Below are positions 57,005 to 64,000 of a stretch of DNA of 64,000 nucleotides, piece after piece; position 1 is the stretch's first letter; every line of letters begins with the position of its first letter. The DNA lies in contig CP066690.1 in the NCBI GenBank assembly GCA_016432465.1, positions 186,702 to 250,701 on the forward strand, given 5' to 3'. The position numbers and the translations under genes were made by a program. This DNA is from Candidatus Sungiibacteriota bacterium (GTDB lineage: Bacteria; Patescibacteriota; Minisyncoccia; Sungbacterales; HO2-52-23). The notes beneath the pieces were generated by a model that was not told the DNA's origin, did no database searches, and worked only from the letters and a program-made list of their open reading frames with translations.

Positions 57005-57715
57005 TTAGTACATGACCCACGAACTGGCATAGTCCTTAATGTATTTTTCTTGCGCTGGTGTCCATGGTATGATCTCTGCCGTGCCCAGAGGAGTTTGAGG
57101 ATTTTTTTGGAAGGCTGCATGATAAAGATGCCAATCGTCACTATTGATTAGTCTACCGCATTGCTTTATTAACTTTAGCCGACCTTCTGCGATGAGTTCC
57201 TTTTCAATTCGCTCCATTATGCTCAATGCATAACATGGAGTTAGCTGGATGATGACGATAAGCACTCCTCTATTTTTCAAAACTCGGAATGCTTCTTTGG
57301 TTATCTCCCACTTTGTTAGTTCACTTATACAAATTTCTTGTGGATACGGCTCACTACGCGGAGTAGTACCGGGGGGTGGAGCAGAAAAAACACCAGAAAT
57401 GATTACAATATCAACGGACTGATTGGGAAGACACAATTTTCTACCATCGCCAAGGACGAAGTTGATACAGACCGACTTGGGGGTCGAGCCGATTTCGGTC
57501 AACTGTTTTAGCCGTTCAATGGCCCTCTGGATTGAGTCTGCATTTTTGTCCAAACAGATAAATCGATTCTCTGACGACAAATCCACATATTCGTCTATAA
57601 TTGGGGTTATAACTGGAGCATACTTATCCGGGTTGGAAAGGCAAAATGAACGGACGATTGGCCAGGGATTGGCACCACAGCCTATATCGAGAATAAGCTT
57701 TTTTTGTTGAGTCAT
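57005..57715 (-). CDS. Class I SAM-dependent methyltransferase
   Basis: Motif I LILDIGCGANPWP; acidic loop; motif IV region. Confidence 0.8.
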   Translation of the reverse strand: MTQQKKLILDIGCGANPWPIVRSFCLSNPDKYAPVITPIIDEYVDLSSENRFICLDKNADSIQRAIERLKQLTEIGSTPKSVCINFVLGDGRKLCLPNQSVDIVIISGVFSAPPPGTTPRSEPYPQEICISELTKWEITKEAFRVLKNRGVLIVIIQLTPCYALSIMERIEKELIAEGRLKLIKQCGRLINSDDWHLYHAAFQKNPQTPLGTAEIIPWTPAQEKYIKDYASSWVMY

Positions 57716-57738
57716 ATCCCCACCTATAAATGATACTC

Positions 57739-57761
57739 AAACTAAAATAGCACAGATGTGC
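57739..57761 (-). terminator. Hairpin AAAATAGCACA gat GTGCTATTTA between hicA and the methyltransferase gene
   Basis: Second copy of the 56428-56450 palindrome. Confidence 0.4.
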
Positions 57762-57826
57762 TATTTAGTCAAACGGCACAAGCGGGAACCTGTTTTGCAG
57801 AAACAAATGGTTGGTTGGTGCCGAGT

Positions 57827-58045
57827 TTATAGGAAATCTAGGAACTGTTTTAACTCCAAACCCGATTGTGTAATGATATGTTTTAATGTCTTCCGTTTCA
57901 AATCTTTGTTATGATACGGAACTGTCACGCCGACCCTACCTTTAATGTAAATCCGATGGCTCCCTTTTTGACGCTCAAATACAAAACCCGCTCTTTCCAG
58001 AGCGACTATAACCTCTCTTGGTTTAAGAACGGGCGATTTAGGCAT
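57827..58045 (-). CDS. hicA: HicA-family toxin (mRNA interferase)
   Basis: ALERAGFVFERQKGSHRIY...VPYHNKDLKRKTLKHIITQSGL. Confidence 0.8.
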   Translation of the reverse strand: MPKSPVLKPREVIVALERAGFVFERQKGSHRIYIKGRVGVTVPYHNKDLKRKTLKHIITQSGLELKQFLDFL

Positions 58046-58306
58046 CTATACCTTAACTTCAATCGGAGCAATAACCGCGCCTCTGGTTTCTAGCGGAATT
58101 TCTGTGTTCTTTTTCTCCATAACTTCAATGTATAAACTGGCAGCCTCTTTTATATTTTCTGCCGCTTCCTCAAAAGTATCCCCTTCCGAAATGCAACCAG
58201 GTAATGCGGGAATGGTTGCAGTAAAACCGCCAGCTTTTTCGTCCGGCTCAAAAACGGCTGTATATTGATATACTTTTTTAATTATTTTTCGCTTCATTAA
58301 ATTCAT
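58046..58306 (-). CDS. hicB: HicB-family antitoxin (UPF0150)
   Basis: YTAVFEPDEKAGGFTATIPALPGCISEGDTFEEAAENIKEA; abuts hicA. Confidence 0.75.
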   Translation of the reverse strand: MNLMKRKIIKKVYQYTAVFEPDEKAGGFTATIPALPGCISEGDTFEEAAENIKEAASLYIEVMEKKNTEIPLETRGAVIAPIEVKV

Positions 58307-58364
58307 TATACCCGGATTTGGTGTGGTGTCAACAACTTATTTTTTTGTACCGAGTTTTGGATTT

Positions 58365-58554
58365 ATCCCGTTAGAGATGCAGGTCATATCCTTAATGCGA
58401 GCTTAGCGTGAAAAGCTATTTACCACTTGGTAATTTTCGGATTTGCACTTAATTCTCTAACGGGATTTATGCAGTACTGAAACGATTGATACACACACTC
58501 CGCCATTCTTACTGATGTCGCAAAAAACACTGCATTCCGCGTCTCTAACGGGAC
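58365..58554. mobile_element. Composite MITE-like element: terminal repeat - unit 1 - terminal repeat - unit 2 (inverted copy of the 56867-56968 core) - terminal repeat
   Basis: ATCCCGTTAGAGAT at 58365-58378; ATTCTCTAACGGGAT at 58452-58466; GTCTCTAACGGGAC at 58541-58554. Confidence 0.6.
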
Positions 58555-58579
58555 AATAAAAAAGACCCCCCAAAGGAGG

Positions 58580-58852
58580 TCATTGACAATTGATGATTAT
58601 TACAGGTATGGGGGGCGGGTTTTTCGCTATTTCTTCCCGTATCTCTCTACAAAGTTGTTTCCTTTCCTCTGGAGTCATTTGTTTCATCAAGTCATTCAGT
58701 TGGTTCATCATAATATGCAATGTCGCCAACCTATTCGCCAAGTCTTCAACAAATGCCTCATAATTTTTATCTTGATCCGCAAAAGGATATACATATGCAG
58801 GACCCAGAAGAATTGTCGACAAAAGTAGTATGGCTAATAGTTTTCTGAACAT
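58580..58852 (-). CDS. Small secreted hypothetical protein
   Basis: Signal peptide MFRKLLAILLLSTILLGPAYVYP. Confidence 0.4.
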   Translation of the reverse strand: MFRKLLAILLLSTILLGPAYVYPFADQDKNYEAFVEDLANRLATLHIMMNQLNDLMKQMTPEERKQLCREIREEIAKNPPPIPVIIINCQ

Positions 58853-59042
58853 TTTTCCTGCCTCCGTAGGAACACGCGTTAATTATTGCATATCCATGAA
58901 TTTATGTCAAGCGGTTCCGCACATTGACCGCCTATAAATAGAAACACCGCATCTATGCAGTGTTTCTCACTTTCTATATTCATTCTGTTTTCTTTCTAAT
59001 AATAATGTAGCTTTTCGTTTCCGTTTATATACTTTAATGAAA

Positions 59043-59093
59043 GGGAAGTCAGACTTCCCCTCGTCTTCACTCGGTGAACCGAGTTTGACTCGG
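59043..59093 (-). terminator. Cluster of three small hairpins (GGGAAGTC a GACTTCCC; ACTCGG tgaa CCGAGT) downstream of tRNA-Gly
   Basis: Palindromes read directly; GGGAAGTCAGACTTCCC recurs at 63105-63121. Confidence 0.4.
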
Positions 59094-59164
59094 AGCGGGA
59101 TACCAGAATCGAACTGGCGCCCTTTCCTTGGGAAGGAAATGTACTACCACTATACCAATCCCGC
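59094..59164 (-). tRNA. tRNA-Gly (anticodon CCC)
   Basis: GCGGGATTGGTATAGTGGTAGTACATTTCCTTCCCAAGGAAAGGGCGCCAGTTCGATTCTGGTATCCCGCT; anticodon stem TTTCC/GGAAA, loop TTCCCAA. Confidence 0.75.
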
Positions 59165-59764
59165 ATTTTTGTTGTTTTTGATAAACCGTATGACAGCGTA
59201 AAAAATTATTATAAGACCAATAATTGCAAAAACCGCATGCTTTATCTCGCGAACTTCGGTAATCAAATCAAGGCCCGAGCCCAAGAAGTAACTCACGGAA
59301 ACAACTGCGCCCACCCATACAATTGAAATCAGTACGTCATAAAACAAAAACTTGGCGAGATTCATGCGAAAGTGTCCGGCCATCATGGGAACTATCATCC
59401 GGATAGAAAGCAGGGGCCGGCTGAAAAGCACCACCCGTTCTCCGTAGCGATCAAAATAGTGTTTTGCTTTTCCCAGAAGATGCGCCGCAAAGGGGACACG
59501 ATTTATAATATTTTGCGAGAGCCAGTCGCCAAAATACCGGCCCAAAAAATACCCCACTATATCGCCCGCTATAACTCCCAAAAACATAACCACCAGCACG
59601 GCCCAAAAATTTACAAAACCAAGATAGGCAAGATATCCGGCAATAAGCAAGGCCACCTCCTCCGGAACCGGCAAAAAAACAGATGATAAAACCGGCAGCA
59701 AAAAAAGCACCACATAAAGCGCGGAGATGGACTCCAAAGGCAAAAATGCAAGCGCAAAATTCAT
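59150..59764 (-). CDS. DedA/VTT-family membrane protein (the 3' end overlaps tRNA-Gly by ~13 nt)
   Basis: DedA motifs; GVIAGDIVGYFLGRYFG. Confidence 0.8.
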   Translation of the reverse strand: MNFALAFLPLESISALYVVLFLLPVLSSVFLPVPEEVALLIAGYLAYLGFVNFWAVLVVMFLGVIAGDIVGYFLGRYFGDWLSQNIINRVPFAAHLLGKAKHYFDRYGERVVLFSRPLLSIRMIVPMMAGHFRMNLAKFLFYDVLISIVWVGAVVSVSYFLGSGLDLITEVREIKHAVFAIIGLIIIFYAVIRFIKNNKNAGLV

Positions 59765-61233
59765 AAAAGTTTTTTCAGAACTTCCTGAACTATTTTAGGA
59801 TTTGCTTTTCCGCGCGATTCCCGCATTACCTGTCCTACCAGAAACTGAAGCGAGGCCCCTGTTCCTTTTTTATAATCTTCCACTGCTTGGGGATTTTCTT
59901 CAAGAATATGACGCGCGATATCTTCAAGATCGGATACGGCCGAGAGCTGCCAAAGGCCTAATTTTTCAATAATATCCGAGGGATCTTCACCCGAACTAAA
60001 CATCTCTTCCAAAACTTGCTTAGCCGCAAGATTGGAAATTTTATCTTCGGCAACATAACTAACAAGTTCAGCAAAATTTTCCGGACTTATTCTTGTATCA
60101 AAAACCGAGGCCGCGCTCTTCCGCAATATCCGCAAAAAATCGCCGGTTAGAAAAGCGGCCGCCAGCTTCTCCAAATTTTTCCTTGGTTTCTCCGGGGTTT
60201 CAACGTCGTGCTGCCGCAATTCGCTAATCACCTCTTCAAGGTAGTCGGCAAACGCCTTGTCGCGCGTCAAAATCTCTATCATGTCTCTCTCCAAACCATA
60301 TTCTTTGGCAAAACGCTCTCGCCTAGCCGCGGGAAGTTCAGGAAGCAATAAGCGCAGCTTTTCTATTTCCCCTGATGATATTTTAAGAGGCGGGAGGTCC
60401 GGCTCCGGGAAATAGCGATAATCGTGCGCTTCTTCTTTGGAGCGCTGGGGAAAAGTCTCATGCTTATTTTCATTCCACCCCCGAGTTTCCTGTTTTATTT
60501 TTTCTCCTTTTTCCAAAAATTCGGTCTGCCGTTCTATTTCATAATCAACCGCATCGGCCGCAAATTTAAAAGAGTTTATATTTTTAATTTCAACTTTGAT
60601 CCCGAGTTCGGCATCTTGCTGATGCATGGAGATATTTACCTCAACCCGCATCTGCCCTTTTTCCATATCTGCGTCCGATACGCCAAGATAGCGCAAAATT
60701 CTTTGCAGTTCCTCGCCAAATTTCCTGACCTCCTCACCCGAACGAAAATCGGGCTCTGTGACCAACTCCATAAGCGGCACCCCAGCGCGATTAAAATCAA
60801 CAAGCGACGAGCCGGTTTTTGTGTCATGGATTAAACGGCCCGTGTCTTCTTCAAGATGTACGCGACGAATCCGAAACTTTTTTCCATCAATTTCAAGATG
60901 CCCCCCGGTCACCAACGGATATTGGTATTGGCTGATTTGATAGCCCTTGGGTAAATCCGGATAAAAGTAATTTTTACGGTCAAACTGGGAAAACTCCGGA
61001 GTATCTCCGCCCAAAGCCAAGCCAACCGTACGTACTTTCTTTACCGCCTCCTCGTTTATCACCGGCAGAGTCCCCGGATGCCCCATACAAATCGGGCATA
61101 TATTTATATTGGGGTGTTTCTCGTTCGGGTCATTCAGCGAATAACAAAACATCTTGGTTTTGGTCTTCAACTCCGCATGGATTTCCAGACCGATTACCGC
61201 TTCATATTTCATATACTTAAAGTTATCACACAC
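59761..61233 (-). CDS. gatB: Asp-tRNA(Asn)/Glu-tRNA(Gln) amidotransferase subunit B
   Basis: YEAVIGLEIHAEL..., GatB/YqeY C-terminal domain. Confidence 0.95.
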   Translation of the reverse strand: MCDNFKYMKYEAVIGLEIHAELKTKTKMFCYSLNDPNEKHPNINICPICMGHPGTLPVINEEAVKKVRTVGLALGGDTPEFSQFDRKNYFYPDLPKGYQISQYQYPLVTGGHLEIDGKKFRIRRVHLEEDTGRLIHDTKTGSSLVDFNRAGVPLMELVTEPDFRSGEEVRKFGEELQRILRYLGVSDADMEKGQMRVEVNISMHQQDAELGIKVEIKNINSFKFAADAVDYEIERQTEFLEKGEKIKQETRGWNENKHETFPQRSKEEAHDYRYFPEPDLPPLKISSGEIEKLRLLLPELPAARRERFAKEYGLERDMIEILTRDKAFADYLEEVISELRQHDVETPEKPRKNLEKLAAAFLTGDFLRILRKSAASVFDTRISPENFAELVSYVAEDKISNLAAKQVLEEMFSSGEDPSDIIEKLGLWQLSAVSDLEDIARHILEENPQAVEDYKKGTGASLQFLVGQVMRESRGKANPKIVQEVLKKLL

Positions 61234-61272
61234 TTGCGGTTTGAAAAAGACCGCTGAGCGGTCTTTAAAATT

Positions 61273-62592
61273 CTAATGCTTACCCAGTTCTTCACGCAGA
61301 TATTCCAAGGCCTTCTCAAAAACAAGGTCTGGTTTCTTGACTCCCTTAACCGCCGCCCCGCTGGCTGTCTCTTCCCGCACCACTTCTACGTCTGGCCCAA
61401 TTCCTACTCCTTCTGGTGTTTCGCCGTCTTCAAAATAATAATGCGCAATAGTAAAATGTAGAGCTCCACCATCTGATAAGGACTGAACTGTCTGTACACT
61501 TCCCTTACCATAAGTTTCTGTGCCAAAAACCATGGCGCCCCAACGCTGAAGTACGCCGGCCACAATTTCAGAGGCCGATGCGGATCGCTCATCAACCAAA
61601 ATCGCAATTTTCCAATCAGCATATTTTCCATATCCATCTGCACCGTATCTGAAAATTACTTTATCATCGCGATCTCGTCCTTCCAACAGGAAACTGAAAG
61701 ATAAAGGAGAGAAAAGTTCTAAAAACTGAAACGTTACTCCTAGATTGCCGCCCGGATTACGGCGGAGATCAACGATAATGGCCCCAATGTTGCGGCGCGC
61801 AAATTCCTCAAGAACCGGCACAACCTCTTTAGTTACTAGCGGCACGCTTTGAAAAGAAGTAATTTTAATATAGCCTATACCAGATTCTACTTCACGCGAC
61901 TCAACTTCTTTTGTCACCACTTCTCCTCGTACTATAACAACGGGCGGCAGTTTTTTATTGCCCCGGATCACCTGCAGCGTCACTGGCGTATCTTTTTTGC
62001 CGCGAATAAGGTTAACTATTTCCTGAGTGGATTTGCCCGAAAGCGGCTCTAGAGCATTGATGTTCTCCCCCACTGCCACAATTATGTCGCCCTCTTCCAA
62101 GACGCCGCTTTTCTCCGCCGGACCCCCAGGAATTATGTCGTTCACAAAAACACCACTTCCGTCTTGGGTCAAAGAAAACTGAATTCCTATTCCGTAAAAA
62201 GGATCTCCGCGCATTTGTCTTATGCTTTCTTTATACTCGCTGGGGGTTTCATAACGCGCGTGTCGGTCAAACTTAAAACAGCTCTCAACCACAAAGTTCT
62301 CTTTTAGTCCCGTACCCTTTGGAATTTCATAACGTTCAAAGGCCTTCTTTAACACACATTCGCGGAACTCCTTTAAATCCTCCGCACTCGGTTTATAAAA
62401 TGATTGCGTTCTAATCAGGTCAGTAATTTCTCCCAGAAGTCCTCCCCCGATTTTTTCAGGTGCCTCTTGAGCAAAAGTGCTGCGATATCTGGGGGAGAGA
62501 GATAACCCAGAAACTAAAGTCGCATAAAGGAGAAAAATTACGCCAACCAGCAAAACTTTCATTACCAAATGTCTAGGCTTGCTTATTAACAT
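61273..62592 (-). CDS. Carboxyl-terminal processing protease (peptidase S41) with a PDZ domain
   Basis: PDZ GGPAEKSGVLEEGDIIVAV; S41 catalytic region RSASASEIVAGVLQ. Confidence 0.9.
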   Translation of the reverse strand: MLISKPRHLVMKVLLVGVIFLLYATLVSGLSLSPRYRSTFAQEAPEKIGGGLLGEITDLIRTQSFYKPSAEDLKEFRECVLKKAFERYEIPKGTGLKENFVVESCFKFDRHARYETPSEYKESIRQMRGDPFYGIGIQFSLTQDGSGVFVNDIIPGGPAEKSGVLEEGDIIVAVGENINALEPLSGKSTQEIVNLIRGKKDTPVTLQVIRGNKKLPPVVIVRGEVVTKEVESREVESGIGYIKITSFQSVPLVTKEVVPVLEEFARRNIGAIIVDLRRNPGGNLGVTFQFLELFSPLSFSFLLEGRDRDDKVIFRYGADGYGKYADWKIAILVDERSASASEIVAGVLQRWGAMVFGTETYGKGSVQTVQSLSDGGALHFTIAHYYFEDGETPEGVGIGPDVEVVREETASGAAVKGVKKPDLVFEKALEYLREELGKH

Positions 62593-62959
62593 CGGGGCAC
62601 CTTTCGCGTTTCAAACATCCGTTTCTACCTTATTATTTTCAGTCCCATTATGTCAACTGTTTACGGGGGTCTTCAATCTGTGGTATAAATTTCTTGTGTC
62701 TTACTTGCCCGGAAGCGACCAGTGCCACGGGAAGAGATCAAAGCAATCGTAGCCATGGTTGCCGACGACTTAGCCAGAGTCACTAAAAACTTCACGCAAT
62801 CAGGAACCATAACTCTTTCGTTTTCCCAAAGACAGACGCTTCAAATAAACAGGGAAGGGTTTTGGGCCATACTGCGAAGTGAAATCCGCCAACGAAACTC
62901 TCGTTTACATAAGACACTCCAACTACGTTATCGCTGCGGAAAAATATTATTTTTGGGCA

Positions 62960-63180
62960 GTAAAGACACATGAGCCGCCGTCTTCGGCGGTTTTTAGATA
63001 CATGAAGCTTCACGGGCAAGCCCGTGGTATCCACGATGTCACGGTCAAGCCTGCGAGCTTGCCCGTGAAGCGAAATCCCGCACCGAAGACCACCATTCAT
63101 CCACGGGAAGTCAGACTTCCCACGGGTAAGTCCGTGGTCTTCTGGTGCGTGGATAAAAATCTTAGAAGCGCTTTTTGTTA
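62960..63180. repeat. Dense cluster of GC-rich hairpins (GCCGCCGtcttCGGCGGT; CACGGGCaaGCCCGTG; CAAGCctgcgaGCTTG; GAAGACCAC...GGGAAGTCAGACTTCCC...GTGGTCTTC) upstream of tRNA-Glu; possible structured RNA or REP cluster
   Basis: Palindromes read directly; no convincing ORF. Confidence 0.35.
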
Positions 63181-63231
63181 AGATCAGGGTTGGGTTGAAA
63201 TTTCTGCTCAAATAAGTAAAATTAGCCTGTA

Positions 63232-63306
63232 GGCCTCATCGTCTAGCTTGGTTTAGGACACGGGCTTTTCAAGCCCGGTACCCGGGTTCAAATCCCGGTG
63301 AGGCCG
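63232..63306 (+). tRNA. tRNA-Glu (anticodon TTC)
   Basis: GGCCTCATCGTCTAGCTTGGTTTAGGACACGGGCTTTTCAAGCCCGGTACCCGGGTTCAAATCCCGGTGAGGCCG; anticodon stem CGGGC/GCCCG, loop TTTTCAA. Confidence 0.8.
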
Positions 63307-63307
63307 T

Positions 63308-63616
63308 ATGAAAAAGGAAATTCCATCGGGTGAGAAATTGTATGAAAAGTATATAGAACACCAAAAATGGGCGCGCCAACGGGCCGCCGAATTGGACGTG
63401 AATTTAGACGACACAAACGCACCGCAACATTTTGTAGTTATCATCAGAGATGCGCAGGGAAAAGAAATTCAAAAAGTATTCTTGCCGCTCCGGGAAAATA
63501 TTACTATAGAAAAAGAACCGGCTCCTGTGCCGCTAGAAAAAGTAGTTGAGGCTATCAAAAAATATCCTAATCTTCCACTAAAAGAAGCGGTGCAAAAAAT
63601 CAAGGCGGACAAATAG
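63308..63616 (+). CDS. Hypothetical protein (102 aa)
   Basis: ORF begins 2 nt after tRNA-Glu; no motif. Confidence 0.35.
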   Translation: MKKEIPSGEKLYEKYIEHQKWARQRAAELDVNLDDTNAPQHFVVIIRDAQGKEIQKVFLPLRENITIEKEPAPVPLEKVVEAIKKYPNLPLKEAVQKIKADK

Positions 63617-63775
63617 CTGAAGGTGGGGGGATTTTGGGCGCATAGCTCAATGGCATAATTTTTTCCTTGACATAGATATAATAATGTATTAAAATGTAAA
63701 CATGCTGTGCAGGGGGTAACTTCATGAAGCTCATTTTTTGCTTGGTCTGTTCCGATACGGAAGGGTAATGGCAAA

Positions 63776-64000
63776 TGAAAATTCTCCGGATCTGCTGGGG
63801 GTTGATGTTAACATTGATAGGAATTTTGGGATGGGTAGCCCCGGGACTTCCCGGATGGCCTTTTGTCATCATGGGTCTTTCCACGCTTTCGCGCGAAGTG
63901 CCGCTAGTGCGCCGACTCATGCGAAGAAGTATTGTCTTTTTTGGACGCAATTTCCCCGGGCTTTACAAATTCGGCCAGAACGCAAAATCCAAAATAATAA
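63776..64000 (+). CDS. YbaN/DUF454-like inner-membrane protein, partial (runs off the window end)
   Basis: MKILRICWGLMLTLIGILGWVAPGLPGWPFVIMGLSTLSREVP resembles the YbaN G..G..LPG.P...F motif. Confidence 0.3.

Noticed and set aside
58365-58554. Three closely spaced copies of the ...CTCTAACGGGA... repeat with ~70-bp spacers, which look superficially like a mini CRISPR array
   Set aside because: The repeats are in mixed (inverted) orientation, as expected for transposon termini. The spacers are inverted duplicates of another MITE core, and there are no cas genes nearby.
62722-63211. ORFs 62722..62973 (+), 62792..63211 (-) and 62879..63181 (+) upstream of tRNA-Glu
   Set aside because: The region is a dense palindrome cluster, and the frames are mutually overlapping and low-complexity. 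It is more likely a structured RNA or repeat region.
1-64000. RNase P RNA, tmRNA, SRP RNA or 6S RNA in the non-coding stretches (600-780, 7777-8360, 62600-63230)
   Set aside because: No conserved core motifs (GGAAAGUCCGGGC, the tmRNA tag frame, the SRP AGGAAGCAGCC) were found by eye. A covariance-model search is needed before calling any of these.

Overview
The window is 64 kb of a small, AT-moderate bacterial genome with the gene content typical of Candidate Phyla Radiation / Parcubacteria-like organisms; that lineage assignment is my inference, and I cannot run a similarity search to confirm it. Most genes are on the minus strand. They include very large secreted surface proteins (signal peptide, coiled coil, peptidoglycan-binding domain, Ig-like or beta-propeller repeats, a lamin-tail domain), housekeeping genes (galU, nth, clpB, pgk, an HtrA-type protease, ftsH, an Fe/Mn superoxide dismutase, ferredoxin, an Rrf2-nifS-nifU Fe-S cluster, peroxiredoxin, ftsE/ftsX, prfB, a class A PBP, gatB, an S41 C-terminal processing protease), and four tRNAs (Gln-CTG, Thr-CGT, Gly-CCC, Glu-TTC).

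The accessory content is what deserves a second look:
- A REP-associated tyrosine transposase (RAYT) flanked by three copies of a 23-bp REP palindrome, one of them in-frame inside its own CDS.
- A MITE-like family with terminal inverted repeats ATCCCGTTAGAGAT at five or more loci. Two copies bracket a SAM-methyltransferase + HicAB cassette.
- A tRNA-Thr gene sitting between the two halves of a second tRNA-like sequence, bounded by a perfect 16-bp inverted repeat related to the MITE terminal repeats.
- A tRNA-Gln followed by a T-arm-less tRNA-Gln-like copy.
- Recurring GC-rich hairpin families, notably CCCCCCACCTTCCCAG...CTGGGAAGGTGGGGGG.
- A lone PafA/Dop-family (Pup-ligase/deamidase-like) gene with no obvious pup or proteasome partner.
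- A GC-rich islet next to the tRNAs encoding a secreted Cys-containing protein with a strong Shine-Dalgarno.
- A seven-gene block of unknown function that includes a tandem paralogue pair.
- The conserved programmed +1 frameshift site (CTT TGA C) in prfB.
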